Positions 51,462 to 64,000 of a stretch of DNA of 64,000 nucleotides are shown here, one piece after another. The DNA comes from Octopus bimaculoides (lineage: Eukaryota). Made by a program: the position numbers and the translations under genes. The stretch lies in assembly GCF_001194135.2 (NCBI RefSeq), contig NC_068981.1, positions 32,155,735 to 32,219,734 on the forward strand. Reading direction: 5' to 3'. The notes beneath the pieces are model-generated. The model was given only the letters and a program-made list of their open reading frames with translations, had not been told where the DNA came from and ran no database searches. Positions within the stretch are counted from its first letter, which is position 1, and every line of letters begins with the position of its first letter.

Positions 51462-52915
51462 TAGGGAGTAAGTATTTTAAAATATATACAATCAATTTAA
51501 TACGAATAAAAAGCGTGACGAAGAAGGATTTCGAGAATTATGGAAGTGACACTAACATAATATTGGATGTAAAGCATTATGAGAATATTGTGATTGTCGA
51601 AATGTTATAGAGTCCGTATAGTGGATAATTAGATTTGAAATTGCATTTCGTTCTGAAACGTTTTGGTTTATATGGTTAGCTTATAAACTGATACACTTTA
51701 TAGTCAAGTTTTTAATCACAGAGAGAATTCTGTTTCCACATAACCTGAAAGAGGCAAAATTTCTTGACGTTACTTGATTGTCAGTACCTTGTAGCTTGCC
51801 ACAGGCAATCAAGTCAGGTACAGTGCATCAAGACCACTTTGATTGTACCTACACCAGGCTTTTCATCAGGCCTCAAAATATCTCACGCAATAAGTACAAA
51901 AATTTCGTTGGCTAGGTTACTATAACGAGTGTATATATAAATGCTTGTACAACACGAGTACTACTCTCTGAGTCTCAGTGATGATTTCCCAGTGTAAAGC
52001 AGCAGTGAGATGGCCAATATTCACGTGAAACCGTATGCTTTACATAGAAATGAGAATGCTGTGGCAACAGTTAGGAAGACCACATTCCGGATAGTTTTAC
52101 TACACTTCATGATACGAATAAAAATATTTCTGCGTCCCTGCACAGAGATGGATTGTCATCACATATGCTAGTTAGCCAATAACTGGGACCCTGACAGGTG
52201 CTACTTCTCTGGGTCACAGCTGACCAGAGAACAATGAGGGTTAAGGGGTGGTTCCACACTCCTCAAAACCCTGCAAATCCTGAAGCAGAGTTTGCCTACC
52301 GGTTATGCGCGCGCGCGTGCATGTGTGTGTGTGTGTGTGTAAGACTACAGTTTAAACAGAAATGCTTTTCGTCGCTTTCTAATTATTAGAAAAAGGTTAC
52401 ACGTGTGTGTGTGTGTGTGTGTGTGCAAAGCAGACGATTTACTTCACCGACATGCCTGATCACAATTTTTTCCTTCCCATCTACGCCACCTTCTCATTCC
52501 GTTTCGTTCTTTTAACATATTTCCAGCGCGTCAGCCTAATACGCTTTGGTTGTTTTGTTTTTTGTTTGTTGTTTGTTTTTTACCTCGTATTGTAGTTTTT
52601 GCACCGTATATGATAGTTGCTCATATGATCACTCCAGTTTATTCCTTCTTATCTGAATTGTTACCGTCTCATACTGTGAGCAACTACACAAGTCACTTTG
52701 GAACTCTACCTTGAGTAGTACCTTCTCGGATTTTACTGTGTACTCGTCTTGATTTGTATAACACCAATCTTCCACGGCGTCACTAAGTTTTCTATCCCTC
52801 TATATCTTCCGTCTCAACTTCTATTCCGCTCTAATCCTCCAATCGACTCAGACATTACCTCACTTAATTTCTTTGCCACTTTTCCTTTTCCGTTTTTTTC
52901 TCTCTTTCTTCATCC

Positions 52916-52957
52916 TTTCTTCCGGAAGAAGAGTGAATACACGAAACGTGAAAGAAA
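52916..52957 (+). ncRNA. degenerate minimal hammerhead motif
   Basis: TTTCTTC-CGGAAGA-AGA-GTG-AATA-CAC-GAAA-CG-TG-AAAGAAA after a pyrimidine tract; U4G and a GUG triplet are predicted inactivating. Downstream TTCCTGAGTGTCA resembles TTCCCGAGCGTCA of the 14.5-kb repeat. Confidence 0.4.
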
Positions 52958-53084
52958 TTTCCTTCTCCTTAGCCCACCATTTCCTGAGTGTCAACCGAAA
53001 ACACGTTTGGGGGAGGAGGGATATTTTTTTACCATGTCCTTTTCTTGTGCTTTTACACTGTATAGACACACATACACATACATA

Positions 53085-53299
53085 CGAGTGGGTGCTGAAA
53101 AGTTCCTGGCTTTGGGTGAAAGAACATTCAGGAGGATCATTTAACTGATTTTATTCAACATAGTCTCCTTTTAGATTCACACAGTTATTGCAGCGGCCAA
53201 TCAGTTTTTCTAAGCCCTGTAAAAGAACTCGGAAATTTGGGCCTCCAACCAGGCCTTTCGCGACACCCTTAAAGCCAGGAACCTTTCAGCATCCCTTCG
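53085..53299. mobile_element. complete 215-bp mariner-derived MITE with TA target-site duplication
   Basis: Left TA|CGAGTGGGTGCTGAAAAGTTCCTGGCTTT, right AAAGCCAGGAACCTTTCAGCATCCCTTCG|TA (~29-bp imperfect TIRs). The interior resembles the mariner transposase C-terminal end. Confidence 0.9.
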
Positions 53300-53410
53300 T
53301 ACACACAATTACAAATGTATACCCATGCAAGCAAACGTGTATATAATTACATACAGGTAAGTGTGTGTACGTGTATGTGTGTGCGCGTGTGTATGTATAA
53401 TATACACACT

Positions 53411-53480
<70 letters not shown>

Positions 53481-53481
53481 A

Positions 53482-53513
<32 letters not shown>

Positions 53514-53596
53514 ATATATATNNNNNNNNNNNNNNNNNNNNNNNNNNNNNNNNNNNNNNNNNNNNNNNNNNNNNNNNNNNNNNNNNNNNNNNNNNN

Positions 53597-53629
<33 letters not shown>

Positions 53630-54390
53630 AGCATATACACACAAATACACACCCACACATGTAGAATGTATACACACATATGACTGTAAAGTGTGCGATG
53701 CTTTCTGCTATACTATATCTGTTACGTTTACCTTCTCTTGTTTGCTGTTTCTTTTATATTTCTTTTTTCATTTGTCTTCTTTCATTATCTCATCCATCAG
53801 CTTCCCTCAGACATTTACAATATCTCTCTTCCTTTTAACTTATTATTCTATCTAATCGCTAATTTGCTGACTTTACAGATGTAAATGACTATACTTCAGG
53901 GTTTCATAAATACGCCAACAGACTTATTTCAACTAATTAGTTTCATACACTAAAGGTCACACGGTCAACACAGCATACACAAGAGCTTCCTTGTCCAGTG
54001 TTAAAAATACATAAGAATAACACATGCCTTCAGATAAGAGTGACCCTGGTTGCAAGATTAGTTCGTTGCTAACAACTGGTTTCAAGCACTTGAGAAAACG
54101 TAAAGAATGTGAATCCCGGATGTCTCTTCGCCCAACAAGATTTATAACTTATCTACAATACACGCCAAACATGTTCGAACGAATAGAAATTAATTGTATG
54201 CAATGAGTGTAATATCAATCTCATTATGAGTTTCTGTTCTAAAATGGGAGGTCTACTTACTTATATAATTGTTATTTTATGACAGAAAATAGTTAATCTA
54301 TTGATATAATGATTACAGAAAACATGTATCCTGTAAGCATTAAAGAAAATTGAAGAAAAATCTGAATTTACAGATTCTGAGACACATTAT

Positions 54391-54438
54391 TACACGCCAA
54401 CACTGCCCCACTCTTACACGTCAACACTGCCCCACTCT
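54391..54438. repeat. 24-bp tandem duplication (1 mismatch)
   Basis: TACACG(C/T)CAACACTGCCCCACTCT x2. Confidence 0.9.
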
Positions 54439-54553
54439 GAACTACAACTGACTACCATTACTTGGATATCTAGCTTCCGGTCAGATAACATAATCTGTTA
54501 TGTAGTGTGCTTACCGATCTCTCTCCCTCTCCCCCTCTCTCCTTCACCCTCTC

Positions 54554-54640
<87 letters not shown>

Positions 54641-54663
54641 TCTCTCCTCTCTGTCAGTATTTT

Positions 54664-54775
54664 CCACTCTGGATTACCGCAGGAGCCCGATTCATCCACT
54701 ACGCTCTGTCCTTTACATTTTTGCTACCGTGATCAAATTCAGTGCCTACGCACATGACACTACCCGTTATCCTAA
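54664..54775 (+). mobile_element. possible LINE reverse-transcriptase relic (motifs 4-5)
   Basis: SGLPQ then, after a frame change, SPIHPLRSVLY...FSAYAHDTT, resembling G.PQG.P.SP.L...SAYADDTT. Confidence 0.45.
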
Positions 54776-56599
54776 GCTTCTACACTCAAGTGTGTTCCAC
54801 ATGTAACCTAGACATACATGTATGGGAGTCTAGAAAACTAGATTATATTAATCCTGCTGTCTACGGGAAAAAGAAACATTCTCAAGCTTTAAAAGATCGG
54901 TCTCATCGATATTGAGATATTTCCTGACGGATGTACTCCTTCCACACAGCACAGTTTATGCTTCAAAGCTGATTTCCATTCTTTAGAGCCAGTAAACATC
55001 TCATGCTCAACGTGCTTACTTTGGATAAATTGCTGGAGACATATTCAATGATGTACAGCTTCCACATTTGGAACTGTAACACATACAGCTTGTTGATATG
55101 ATGACGCTCGGAAAGTAAGAGATACTATGTTCTGAGTCTTGTAGGACAACAGCGCTAGGTTTATTATCTTCTATGATAACTACATTGTGATCATTCACAA
55201 GATTACTCATAATTTCTCGTGCTTTTCAGCTGGTATTTGATTTATATTTTTTGATGTGGAAAAAATGGATGCAAAATCACAGAATTTGCCGAATATTCTG
55301 TCCCCATCTTATATTACGAAGATCTGATTCGAAATTAATTCCTTTGTCAAACAATTCTTTTCTTATACGCAATTTCACTACAAAATTCCAAGACATATTT
55401 CCATTTTTCATTTCAATTGGAATTTTGCGGTGTTAGGGATAAAATTTAGCCCTTTTGAGAGGGTTTGAGAGGGTTAAGCGAGTTTCAGAATCATACTGCC
55501 AATTTGTGTCATCGAGTGTCTTCAGTTGTGTCCACCGTGTCTGAGAAAATATTTCTTTGGTTTTCGTTTAAAATAATTTCTGTTCTTGTAATGGTTAATT
55601 ATATATCCACTGGATTATGTGCATGGATACAACCGGACTCGAGGAAAACAGGAGATAAAAACCAAGTGATTCTACTAAACATTCAGTACGTGAACCTTTG
55701 TCTTAAAAAACCTCTGTGTACTTATATATACAAAACAATATCGTCTTGGGAAATAGTTAAGTTCTATATTCGAACGATTAAAGTAAATGACCGACAATTC
55801 TTCACACAGCAGAGATTGTGAGAAATAATTTCCCTTATAGTTTAAAGTTAGCATATAATTGCTAACATAAATTTCTTGCTATGAAATTTATCGAACATTT
55901 CCTATTGCTATGGAATATATTGACCACTTGATTTTTTCTCATGCAATTTTGCTATAAAACCAATTAACATTAGAATTTTGAGGATGTTTAATTGCTATGA
56001 AAGATTTTCAGAGACATTTTCAACTCTAAAACTAATTCTCGTATCTATTGAGTGAACGATGAAATGTAACGAAATTTCATGCCGATGACGCTTTTAGATG
56101 AATAGAAATAATAAATAGCTTGAACAGTAAAATATCCTATGCTTCCTTTTTCTGACATTTGTGAAAGGTCATTTTCATATTGATATCATATAGACATGAT
56201 TTGGTTCAAGGAACTTGACATCAGCCAGCTGTTATGTCCTCATTGACATTTATTAAGTAATAGGTATATTTTCTGCTAGCATTTATAATCTCCATTTCAT
56301 TCCATACTCTAACTAGTGTTTTAAATCAGAATTTCGAAATATTGATGTAAGTATAAGTCGTTACACGCTTTTGTTTCATTTCATACCTCTTCCTTTATCT
56401 AAAAGTCTTTAACATTCCCATGTATGTTGTCATATTTCGACAGTATCTTTGTTGAGTCGTCCAATTTTGTATATTGTGCTTATTGCTGTTGAAGGAGGTT
56501 TAGCTGGTATTTCTGTCAAAATGTGTGACGAAGTAGAGGCTGGTTCGTTCGATCGTGATTGGTGTTCATATCAGTTATAAGGTACTAAAGGTACTAAAA

Positions 56600-56900
56600 T
56601 AGCAGAACATTAAGAAATTCTGAAAAAGCTTGAAAGGACTTGTACCAAACTTTGGCCTTCAAGGGGTGCCAATGCATAAATCAAAAGATCTTAACATCGC
56701 CATCAAGAATCAGGAAGAGATACTACAGCAGCTTGGGTTTCAAGGACCCACAGCCCTTCAATATCTTCCCCAAAAGTCTGAGAGACATTTATGGGTTGGA
56801 TGCAGGTCTCTAGTCAAGTGTTCCGCATAAACCTTCCACGTAGCAGAAAACGCAGATGAAGTCAGCAACATCACCCACTTCCATTCACACAATGCCACAT
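56600..56900 (+). mobile_element. CR1/L2-group LINE 3' fragment
   Basis: IL.KL/EGLVPNFGL and SRIRKRYYSSLGFKDPQPFNIFPKSLRDIYGLDAG..SSVPHKP...QMKSATS resemble the CR1-group ORF2 C-terminus. Confidence 0.65.
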
Positions 56901-57036
56901 AACAGAGGTTTCAAGTCATGGGAGTGTAGCAAAGCTAACGCCGCTGCCCCAAAATGGCCGCAGCTCTCGAGCTGTAACTATCAGAAAATGAAAAGATAAA
57001 AGGGATATCAATTTATATATATATATATATATATAT

Positions 57037-57228
57037 GGGAGAATATACGAAAAAATATAACAACAACAGACGAGGACAGGAGGTTTAAACAACAAAAGGA
57101 TGTATTAGTTTAACGCTCGGAAATACAGAAAGTTTTTAACGTTTCGAGCTACGCTCTTCAACAGAAAGAATACGGAGAAAACAAGGAGAAAAACACGGAG
57201 AAAAAAGATTGAATGTTTTGGTCAGCGA
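57037..57228 (-). mobile_element. second copy of the hammerhead-bearing ~195-bp repeat
   Basis: Homologous to 14434-14630. The hammerhead at 57133-57169 reads TCTTT-CTGTTGA-A-GAGC-GTA-GCTC-GAAA-CG-TT-AAAAA. Confidence 0.7.
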
Positions 57229-57910
57229 TACACACACGCACACACACACTCACACACAAGCACACACACNNNNNNNNNNNNNNNNNNNNNNNNNNNNNNN
57301 NNNNNNNNNNNNNNNNNNNNNNNNNNNNNNNNNNNNNNNNNNNNNNNNNNNNNNNNNNNNNNNNNNNNNNNNNNNNNNNNNNNNNNNNNNNNNNNNNNNN
57401 NNNNNNNNNNNNNNNNNNNNNNNNNNNNNNNNNNNNNNNNNNNNNNNNNNNNNNNNNNNNNNNNNNNNNNNNNATATATATGTGTGTGTGTGTGTGTATG
57501 TCTGTGTATATATATTTATGTATGTCTGTATATATATATATATTTATGTATGTCTGTATATATGTATGTATCTCTGTATATATGTATGTATGTATGTATG
57601 TACTTAGTATATTCACACGCGTACACACATATCTGTGCTTGTGTGTTCGTGCGTGCCTATGTGTATGTATGCATGTGCACATATGTGGATGTTTTTCATT
57701 TGTGTGTATGTGCGTGTACATCTGTAACTTAGTTTACGAAATAAATATTATATGCAAACCTGATTGTGTGTTCTGAATATATGAAGATATAAAATAGATT
57801 GAATCTATTTATTTATTTCAATCATCCCTGGCTTATTGCTTCGGGTTTCTGCTATCGCTTGTCGTCTTGACGTGGAATGAAATACCTGAAAATCACTCAC
57901 GCTTATACCC

Positions 57911-57960
<50 letters not shown>

Positions 57961-58999
57961 ATGTGGGTGTGTGTGTGTGTGCGTGTGTGTGTGTATGTGT
58001 GTGTGTGTGTGCATATATATATAATATATATACACACACACATATACACACACACACACATACTTATATCTATTCATATATATATTTCTCTGTATCTAGC
58101 CCCTCTCACTCTGTACATCTGTGAATATATATGTCTGTTTTTATGTATATACGCGACTGTCTTTTAAGGCGTTGTTAGTTTTATTAAATTGTCATAGGTT
58201 TCCGTTTGTCTCAGGAGATGATAGAAATATCAAATCTTATTAGTAAATGTGAATAAGTTCCTATAGTTCAACATTCATTATGATACAGCTAAAAAACTTC
58301 AGCTAAATATATTAGGTGAAGAAATATGTGTCATATACTGAACATCAAAGAACATTGTGAGGAACTGTGACATCATTTTGGTCACTGGGTCAGTTTCAAG
58401 GATACATAACAAGTAACTACATAACAGAAGTATCGTTCTACCCCAAGCAGAGTTCTGATTCGTCATGGGTCAATGAGTTAGGTTCATGAAACATGAAGTA
58501 AGGGCTTTGATGTTCGTTCGTTTTCCACGACTGTAAGATAGAGTTCACTTTAGGCCGGCGATTTGGCAGTATCATAGGATCATGGGATAGAATGCCACGG
58601 CGTGTTTGTGCCGAACGATTGCACTTGGACCTTTACTTTTCATAGTTACTAAGTCCAAAACATATAACAGATCAGGGTGGTGTTGCGGTACTACATAAAA
58701 GTCGGAGACGACACCTTGGGATATTTGCACAGGCTCAAATCCCGTCATCGCCTACATAATACCGTCACTCGATTTAACATCAGGACTTGACATTTTGTCT
58801 GCCTTTACGGTATTTCATTCTGTTGGAATTTCCAGGACAGTCCTCCATTTAAGGATACATTTCTGCCCGCTTGTCATCACTGCTGTTCATCTTGGCTATA
58901 CTATACAGAGGCCTGTGCACTATCAACTTGTTATGTCTCAGGCTACCGCTATCTAGCGCCTTCGGATGATCTCTACTCAACCGCTAGACGACTGCTACT

Positions 59000-59270
59000 C
59001 AACAGTCACTCAACTCCCTAGCACGGCCCGACTACCTTTATTTATATGTCTTGGGCGATCCTACTTCGCTTGGGAGCGTCGACACAACACAACTCGACTA
59101 TATATGCCCCCAAAATTGTAGTAGATAGCACTACTTCTGGAGATAGCTGAAATGAATTGCGATGATGAAGACAAGGTAAGGTTACAGAGTGTCCTAGACA
59201 AATAAGCCAAGAAAAGAAAGCATGCAAATTTTCGAATTACAATTTGGGAATAGCAACCTGGTGTCTGAAA
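59000..59270 (+). mobile_element. possible CR1-like RT relic
   Basis: GP..F.I..LGD.P-like and MNCDDEDKVRLQSVLDK*A...MQ..FEL.FG segments resemble the region after YADD in CR1 RT; heavily decayed. Confidence 0.4.
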
Positions 59271-59324
59271 GAGCAACTATGAAAGCCTACATAAGTTTCC
59301 AAGGCATTTTCCGTTTACCATATA

Positions 59325-59539
59325 ACAGGGTGTGCTGAAAGGTTTTTGGTTCTAAGGATATCGCGATAGGCCCGGCTGGAGACACAACTTTCCGAGTTGT
59401 TTTACAGGGCTTAGAAAACAATGGACCACTGCAATAAGTCTGTGAATCTGAGAGGGGAATATGTTAAATAAAATCATAATTAACTGAACCCCCTGCATTT
59501 TCTTTTACCGGAAGCCAAGAACTTTTCAACACCCCCTTG
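59325..59539. mobile_element. mariner-derived MITE (third copy)
   Basis: CAGGGTGTGCTGAAAGGTTTTTGG ... GCCAAGACTTTTCAACACCCCCTTG|TA; interior homologous to 36855 and 53085. Confidence 0.8.
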
Positions 59540-60933
59540 TAAGCATATAGTCTGACAGACATGTCTGGTTTTTAGGTATTTGACATATTTCGTTTTTCTC
59601 CTCTGCTTTCCTCTATCCCTCTCTCTCTTCCTCACATTTACTTTTGATCTTGACCTCATATAACTTCCTTGCTTTCTTCATATTCACTCTCCATTAGTAT
59701 TTATTACCATCTACCACCGACATTTACTTGATACCTGTATTATCTTAAATATGTCACCAACTACAACAGCATTTGCATTTATCCCTTTGTCCTTCTGGCG
59801 AGAATATTCAGTTGTAGCAGCTTAACAATATTCACGCGAAGTGATTTTTTTTTTTGCTCTGCTGCTTATTAGCTGCGTTTTATATATATATATATATATA
59901 TATATTATCATTATATACAATTTTGGCATTTTCTGTGTCGGTCAAAGCTGGGTACTTGTATATATGTGTACATTTATATTTATATTGTNNNNNNNNNNNN
60001 NNNNNNNNNNNNNNNNNNNNNNNNNNNNNNNNNNNNNNNNNNNNNNNNNNNNNNNNNNNNNNNNNNNNNNNNNNNNNNNNNNNNNNNNNNNNNNNNNNNN
60101 NNNNNNNNNNNNNNNNNNNNNNNNNNNNNNNNNNNNNNNNNNNNNNNNNNNNNNNNNNNNNNNNNNNNNNNNNNNNNNNNNNNNNNNNNNNNNNNNNNNN
60201 NNNNNNNNNNNNNNNNNNNNNNNNNNNNNNNNNNNNNNNNNNNNNNNNNNNNNNNNNNNNNNNNNNNNNNNNNNNNNNNNNNNNNNNNNNNNNNNNNNNN
60301 NNNNNNNNNNNNNNNNNNNNNNNNNNNNNNNNNNNNNNNNNNNNNNNNNNNNNNNNNNNNNNNNNNNNNNNNNNNNNNNNNNNNNNNNNNNNNNNNNNNN
60401 NNNNNNNNNNNNNNNNNNNNNNNNNNNNNNNNNNNNNNNNNNNNNNNNNNNNNNNNNNNNNNNNNNNNNNNNNNNNNNNNNNNNNNNNNNNNNNNNNNNN
60501 NNNNNNNNNNNNNNNNNNNNNNNNNNNNNNNNNNNNNNNNNNNNNNNNNNNNNNNNNNNNNNNNNNNNNNNNNNNNNNNNNNNNNNNNNNNNNNNNNNNN
60601 NNNNNNNNNNNNNNNNNNNNNNNNNNNNNNNNNNNNNNNNNNNNNNNNNNNNNNNNNNNNNNNNNNNNNNNNNNNNNNNNNNNNNNNNNNNNNNNNNNNN
60701 NNNNNNNNNNNNNNNNNNNNNNNNNNNNNNNNNNNNNNNNNNNNNNNNNNNNNNNNNNNNNNNNNNNNNNNNNNNNNNNNNNNNNNNNNNNNNNNNNNNN
60801 NNNNNNNNNNNNNNNNNNNNNNNNNNNNNNNNNNNNNNNNNNNNNNNNNNNNNNNNNNNNNNNNNNNNNNNNNNNNNNNNNNNNNNNNNNNNNNNNNNNN
60901 NNNNNNNNNNNNNNNNNNNNNNNNNNNNNNNNN

Positions 60934-61474
60934 AATTCATGAGGCACCCATTTTCCAAGTTTAGGAATGTTTCCAAGTTGTTGAAAATGACGATGAACAG
61001 TTGTATGGTTTGAACTAAGCTTTATTGCCAATTCTTCAATTGATAATGCAGGATTTTCTTCAAGTAATGCCTCAAAGAGCTTATCATCAAACTCAACTGG
61101 ACGTCCTGTTCGATCTTCATCTTCAAGGCTGAAATCTCCACTTCTGAATTTTGCAAACCATCTTCTGCAAGTTCTTTCATTCAAGCATTCTTTCCCATAA
61201 ACTGAGTGTATGTTTCGAGTCGCCTCGGCTGCAGAGTTTCCTTTTTAGTACTCATAAAGCATTATGTGCCTTAAATGCTCTTTGGATACTTCCATGTTAG
61301 AATGGGTTTTAATTAAAGAAATTTTAATTCTATTATTAAATAATATTTAATTACTTTAAATGTACACAAATGCATAAAAATATTTTTTTTATTCCATTAT
61401 ACATTCTTAGATACTATTAAATTTCATTCAATTTTAAAAAAGTAAAATCGGACAGAACATATGGAATGACCTGA
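60934..61474 (-). mobile_element. mariner element 5' half (TIR + transposase N-terminus), runs into a gap
   Basis: TA|TCAGGTCATTCCATATGTTCTGTCCG TIR; ATG at 61295: MEVSKEHLRHIMLYEY*KGNSAAEATRNIHSVYGKECLNERTCRRWFAKFRSGDFSLEDEDRTGRP...LGKWVPHE (Mos1/SETMAR-type HTHs, WVPHE motif). Confidence 0.92.
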
Positions 61475-62166
61475 TATATAAATATATGTACATACATACA
61501 CACACTAAAAAAAACACACACACACATATTTTCATATATAACTATATCCAATTTTATACTATACTATAAAACCGTAACTGGTTAGGTTATAAATATTTCC
61601 TATATACATTTGGGGTCATTTTGGTTATAAACAAGAATTTTAGTGCATTAGCGCATTGTTTTAGACAATAGAGAAGCGATCAGATGGCTAGTGTTTATAA
61701 GAGCTCATAAAATACATACGAAACCTAGTAATTCATGTGTTGAGGTTAAGAATATTAGATTCTTTGTAAGAGTTTTATCAGTAGTAATCTGACTGTTTTT
61801 TAACGCGTTGGAGCAATTTAATGTAATCGGTAATGCTGTACTTTAGTTTTAAACAAATACCTTTCGTATGTAGTTTTGTTTTTTAACATTTTCATGCATT
61901 AGATCGTACTTGTCGATGAATAATATACTGAGAGGGAGACACAAAGGAAATAGTGAGTTAGAAATAGAGATTGCATGAGATGGAGACGTATGTATGCAAG
62001 TTGTGCATGCGTGAATATTTCGATACGTGATGTGTGAATAATAATAATTTCACAGGAATTGATCGATAAATATGTAAAGTGAGAAATTAACAAGATGGTT
62101 GGAATATTTCGATAGCAACCTCAAAATGAAAAACAAAAACGAAAAAAGTAAAATTTTACCATATAC

Positions 62167-62226
<60 letters not shown>

Positions 62227-62285
62227 TACATGTACAAGCCTACGGATGTGCGTATACATTTGTATATATGCATATACATAAGCAT

Positions 62286-62341
<56 letters not shown>

Positions 62342-62620
62342 GCTTGTGTATGTATACGTAGATTTTGTATGAAAATGTTCTCGATTGTTAATATAACATA
62401 CAGTCACAATTTCGATACTTTAGTTCGTGTTTTTTTTTTATCTACGGTTATTTGATAATGTATACGTGTCTGTGTGTGCACGCGCGTGTGTGCGTATATA
62501 TATACATATGTCTGTATGTATGTATAAATATATATAGAGAGAGATATATATACTTATATACACATGTATATGCACATATACACGTACACGCACGCAGATG
62601 TATATATACGTACGTGCGTA

Positions 62621-62657
<37 letters not shown>

Positions 62658-63866
62658 CATATATAATATATATATATATATGTGTGTGTGTGTGTTTGTT
62701 GTGTACGTACGTATGTATCATTTTCTCTATAGATTTATGTAATTCACTGCCTCATATAGATTGAAGAGGAAATTTCTAATTAAGGAACCGTCTAATTAAT
62801 TCGGTGACAATGTTTTAATGGCTCCAAGCAATATCGTTTCTCTTTATAGAGGTGAGTTAAAAATATTCACCCTTTTTCCAATAGTATTGATTTAGATCTC
62901 ACCAAGAGTTCACTAAGAATGTGTTAGGCATCGATCAAATCACACCGTAGCGCCTGAAACTAAGTTACCGTCCATTCCTTCACACTACTAACACACACAC
63001 ACACACACATGCACACTCACCAACTCCATCACCACCACACACATGCACACACACACACACACACATGCACACTCACTAACACCATTACCACCATCGCCAT
63101 ACACATACACATACATACATACACACTCACACATATGTGTACATATATATACATATATTGCATATTTATATGCATAGCTACGTACATCCATTCATCTCGG
63201 ATGAACATACATATATGTGTGTGTGTGTGTGTGTCTTTGTAAATATAGACACACATATATATAAAAAAATATATATATATATGAATACATATGCAAATAC
63301 AACACGTGCATGTACATTTACGCATGCATATATATATATATATATATATANNNNNNNNNNNNNNNNNNNNNNNNNNNNNNNNNNNNNNNNNNNNNNNNNN
63401 NNNNNNNNNNNNNNNNNNNNNNNNNNNNNNNNNNNNNNNNNNNNNNNNNNNNNNNNNNNNNNNNNNNNNNNNNNNNNNNNNNNNNNNNNNNNNNNNNNNN
63501 NNNNNNNNNNNNNNNNNNNNNNNNNNNNNNNNNNNNNNNNNNNNNNNNNNNNNNNNNNNNNNNNNNNNNNNNNNNNNNNNNNNNNNNNNNNNNNNNNNNN
63601 NNNNNNNNNNNNNNNNNNNNNNNNNNNNNNNNNNNNNNNNNNNNNNNNNNNNNNNNNNNNNNNNNNNNNNNNNNNNNNNNNNNNNNNNNNNNNNNNNNNN
63701 NNNNNNNNNNNNNNNNNNNNNNNNNNNNNNNNNNNNNNNNNNNNNNNNNNNNNNNNNNNNNNNNNNNNNNNNNNNNNNNNNNNNNNNNNNNNNNNNNNNN
63801 NNNNNNNNNNNNNNNNNNNNNNNNNNNNNNNNNNNNNNNNNNNNNNNNNNNNNNNNNNNNNNNNNN

Positions 63867-63898
<32 letters not shown>

Positions 63899-64000
63899 TT
63901 AATTGATAATCTTCTGGAAAGTTTTACAGATTGTTATTGTGCCACTGATAGATTGAGTCTATAGTCTTCGAATTAGCTTTCCCCTTTCTCTTTTTGTGAA

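Noticed and set aside
51720-51755. Minus-strand acceptor followed by GYVETEF (SDR-like word)
   Set aside because: Immediate stop and no credible donor; a seven-residue coincidence.
55016-55210. Minus ORF resembling the PLE pre-RT motif (VII..DK..AVV), and partial similarity (ATGACGCTCGG) to the hammerhead repeat
   Set aside because: The two readings conflict and both are weak; not supportable without a profile search.
59130-59180. Apparent exon LLLEIAEMNCDDEDK with an AG|GTAAGG donor
   Set aside because: The same frame continues as VRLQSVLDK*A, better explained as a CR1-like RT relic; the acceptor is weak.

Overview
AT-rich, microsatellite-dense animal genomic DNA with 18 assembly gaps (about 6.2 kb of N). 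The tRNA-headed SINE families and the microsatellite spectrum look like an octopus (coleoid cephalopod) draft scaffold; that is my recognition, not a database result. No host protein-coding gene can be identified with confidence, and nearly all long ORFs in the track are artefacts of (TA)n/(CA)n/(AAT)n repeats or N runs. The window is mostly decayed transposable elements: Penelope-like (GIY-YIG) fragments, Tx1/L1-, R4/Dong- and CR1-like LINE pieces, mariner/Tc1 fragments and MITEs, a Chapaev3-like deletion derivative and about 13 SINE pieces. The most interesting signal is a ~195-bp interspersed repeat (two copies, 14.4 kb and 57.0 kb) carrying a minimal type I hammerhead-ribozyme fold with an unusual CUGUUGA core, plus a decayed relative at 52.9 kb. 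Other observations: a 5'-inverted LINE with a 196-bp duplicated arm, a Dong-like LINE sitting in (TAA)n, a shared internal deletion suggesting a non-autonomous LINE derivative, and two short well-flanked candidate + strand exons.
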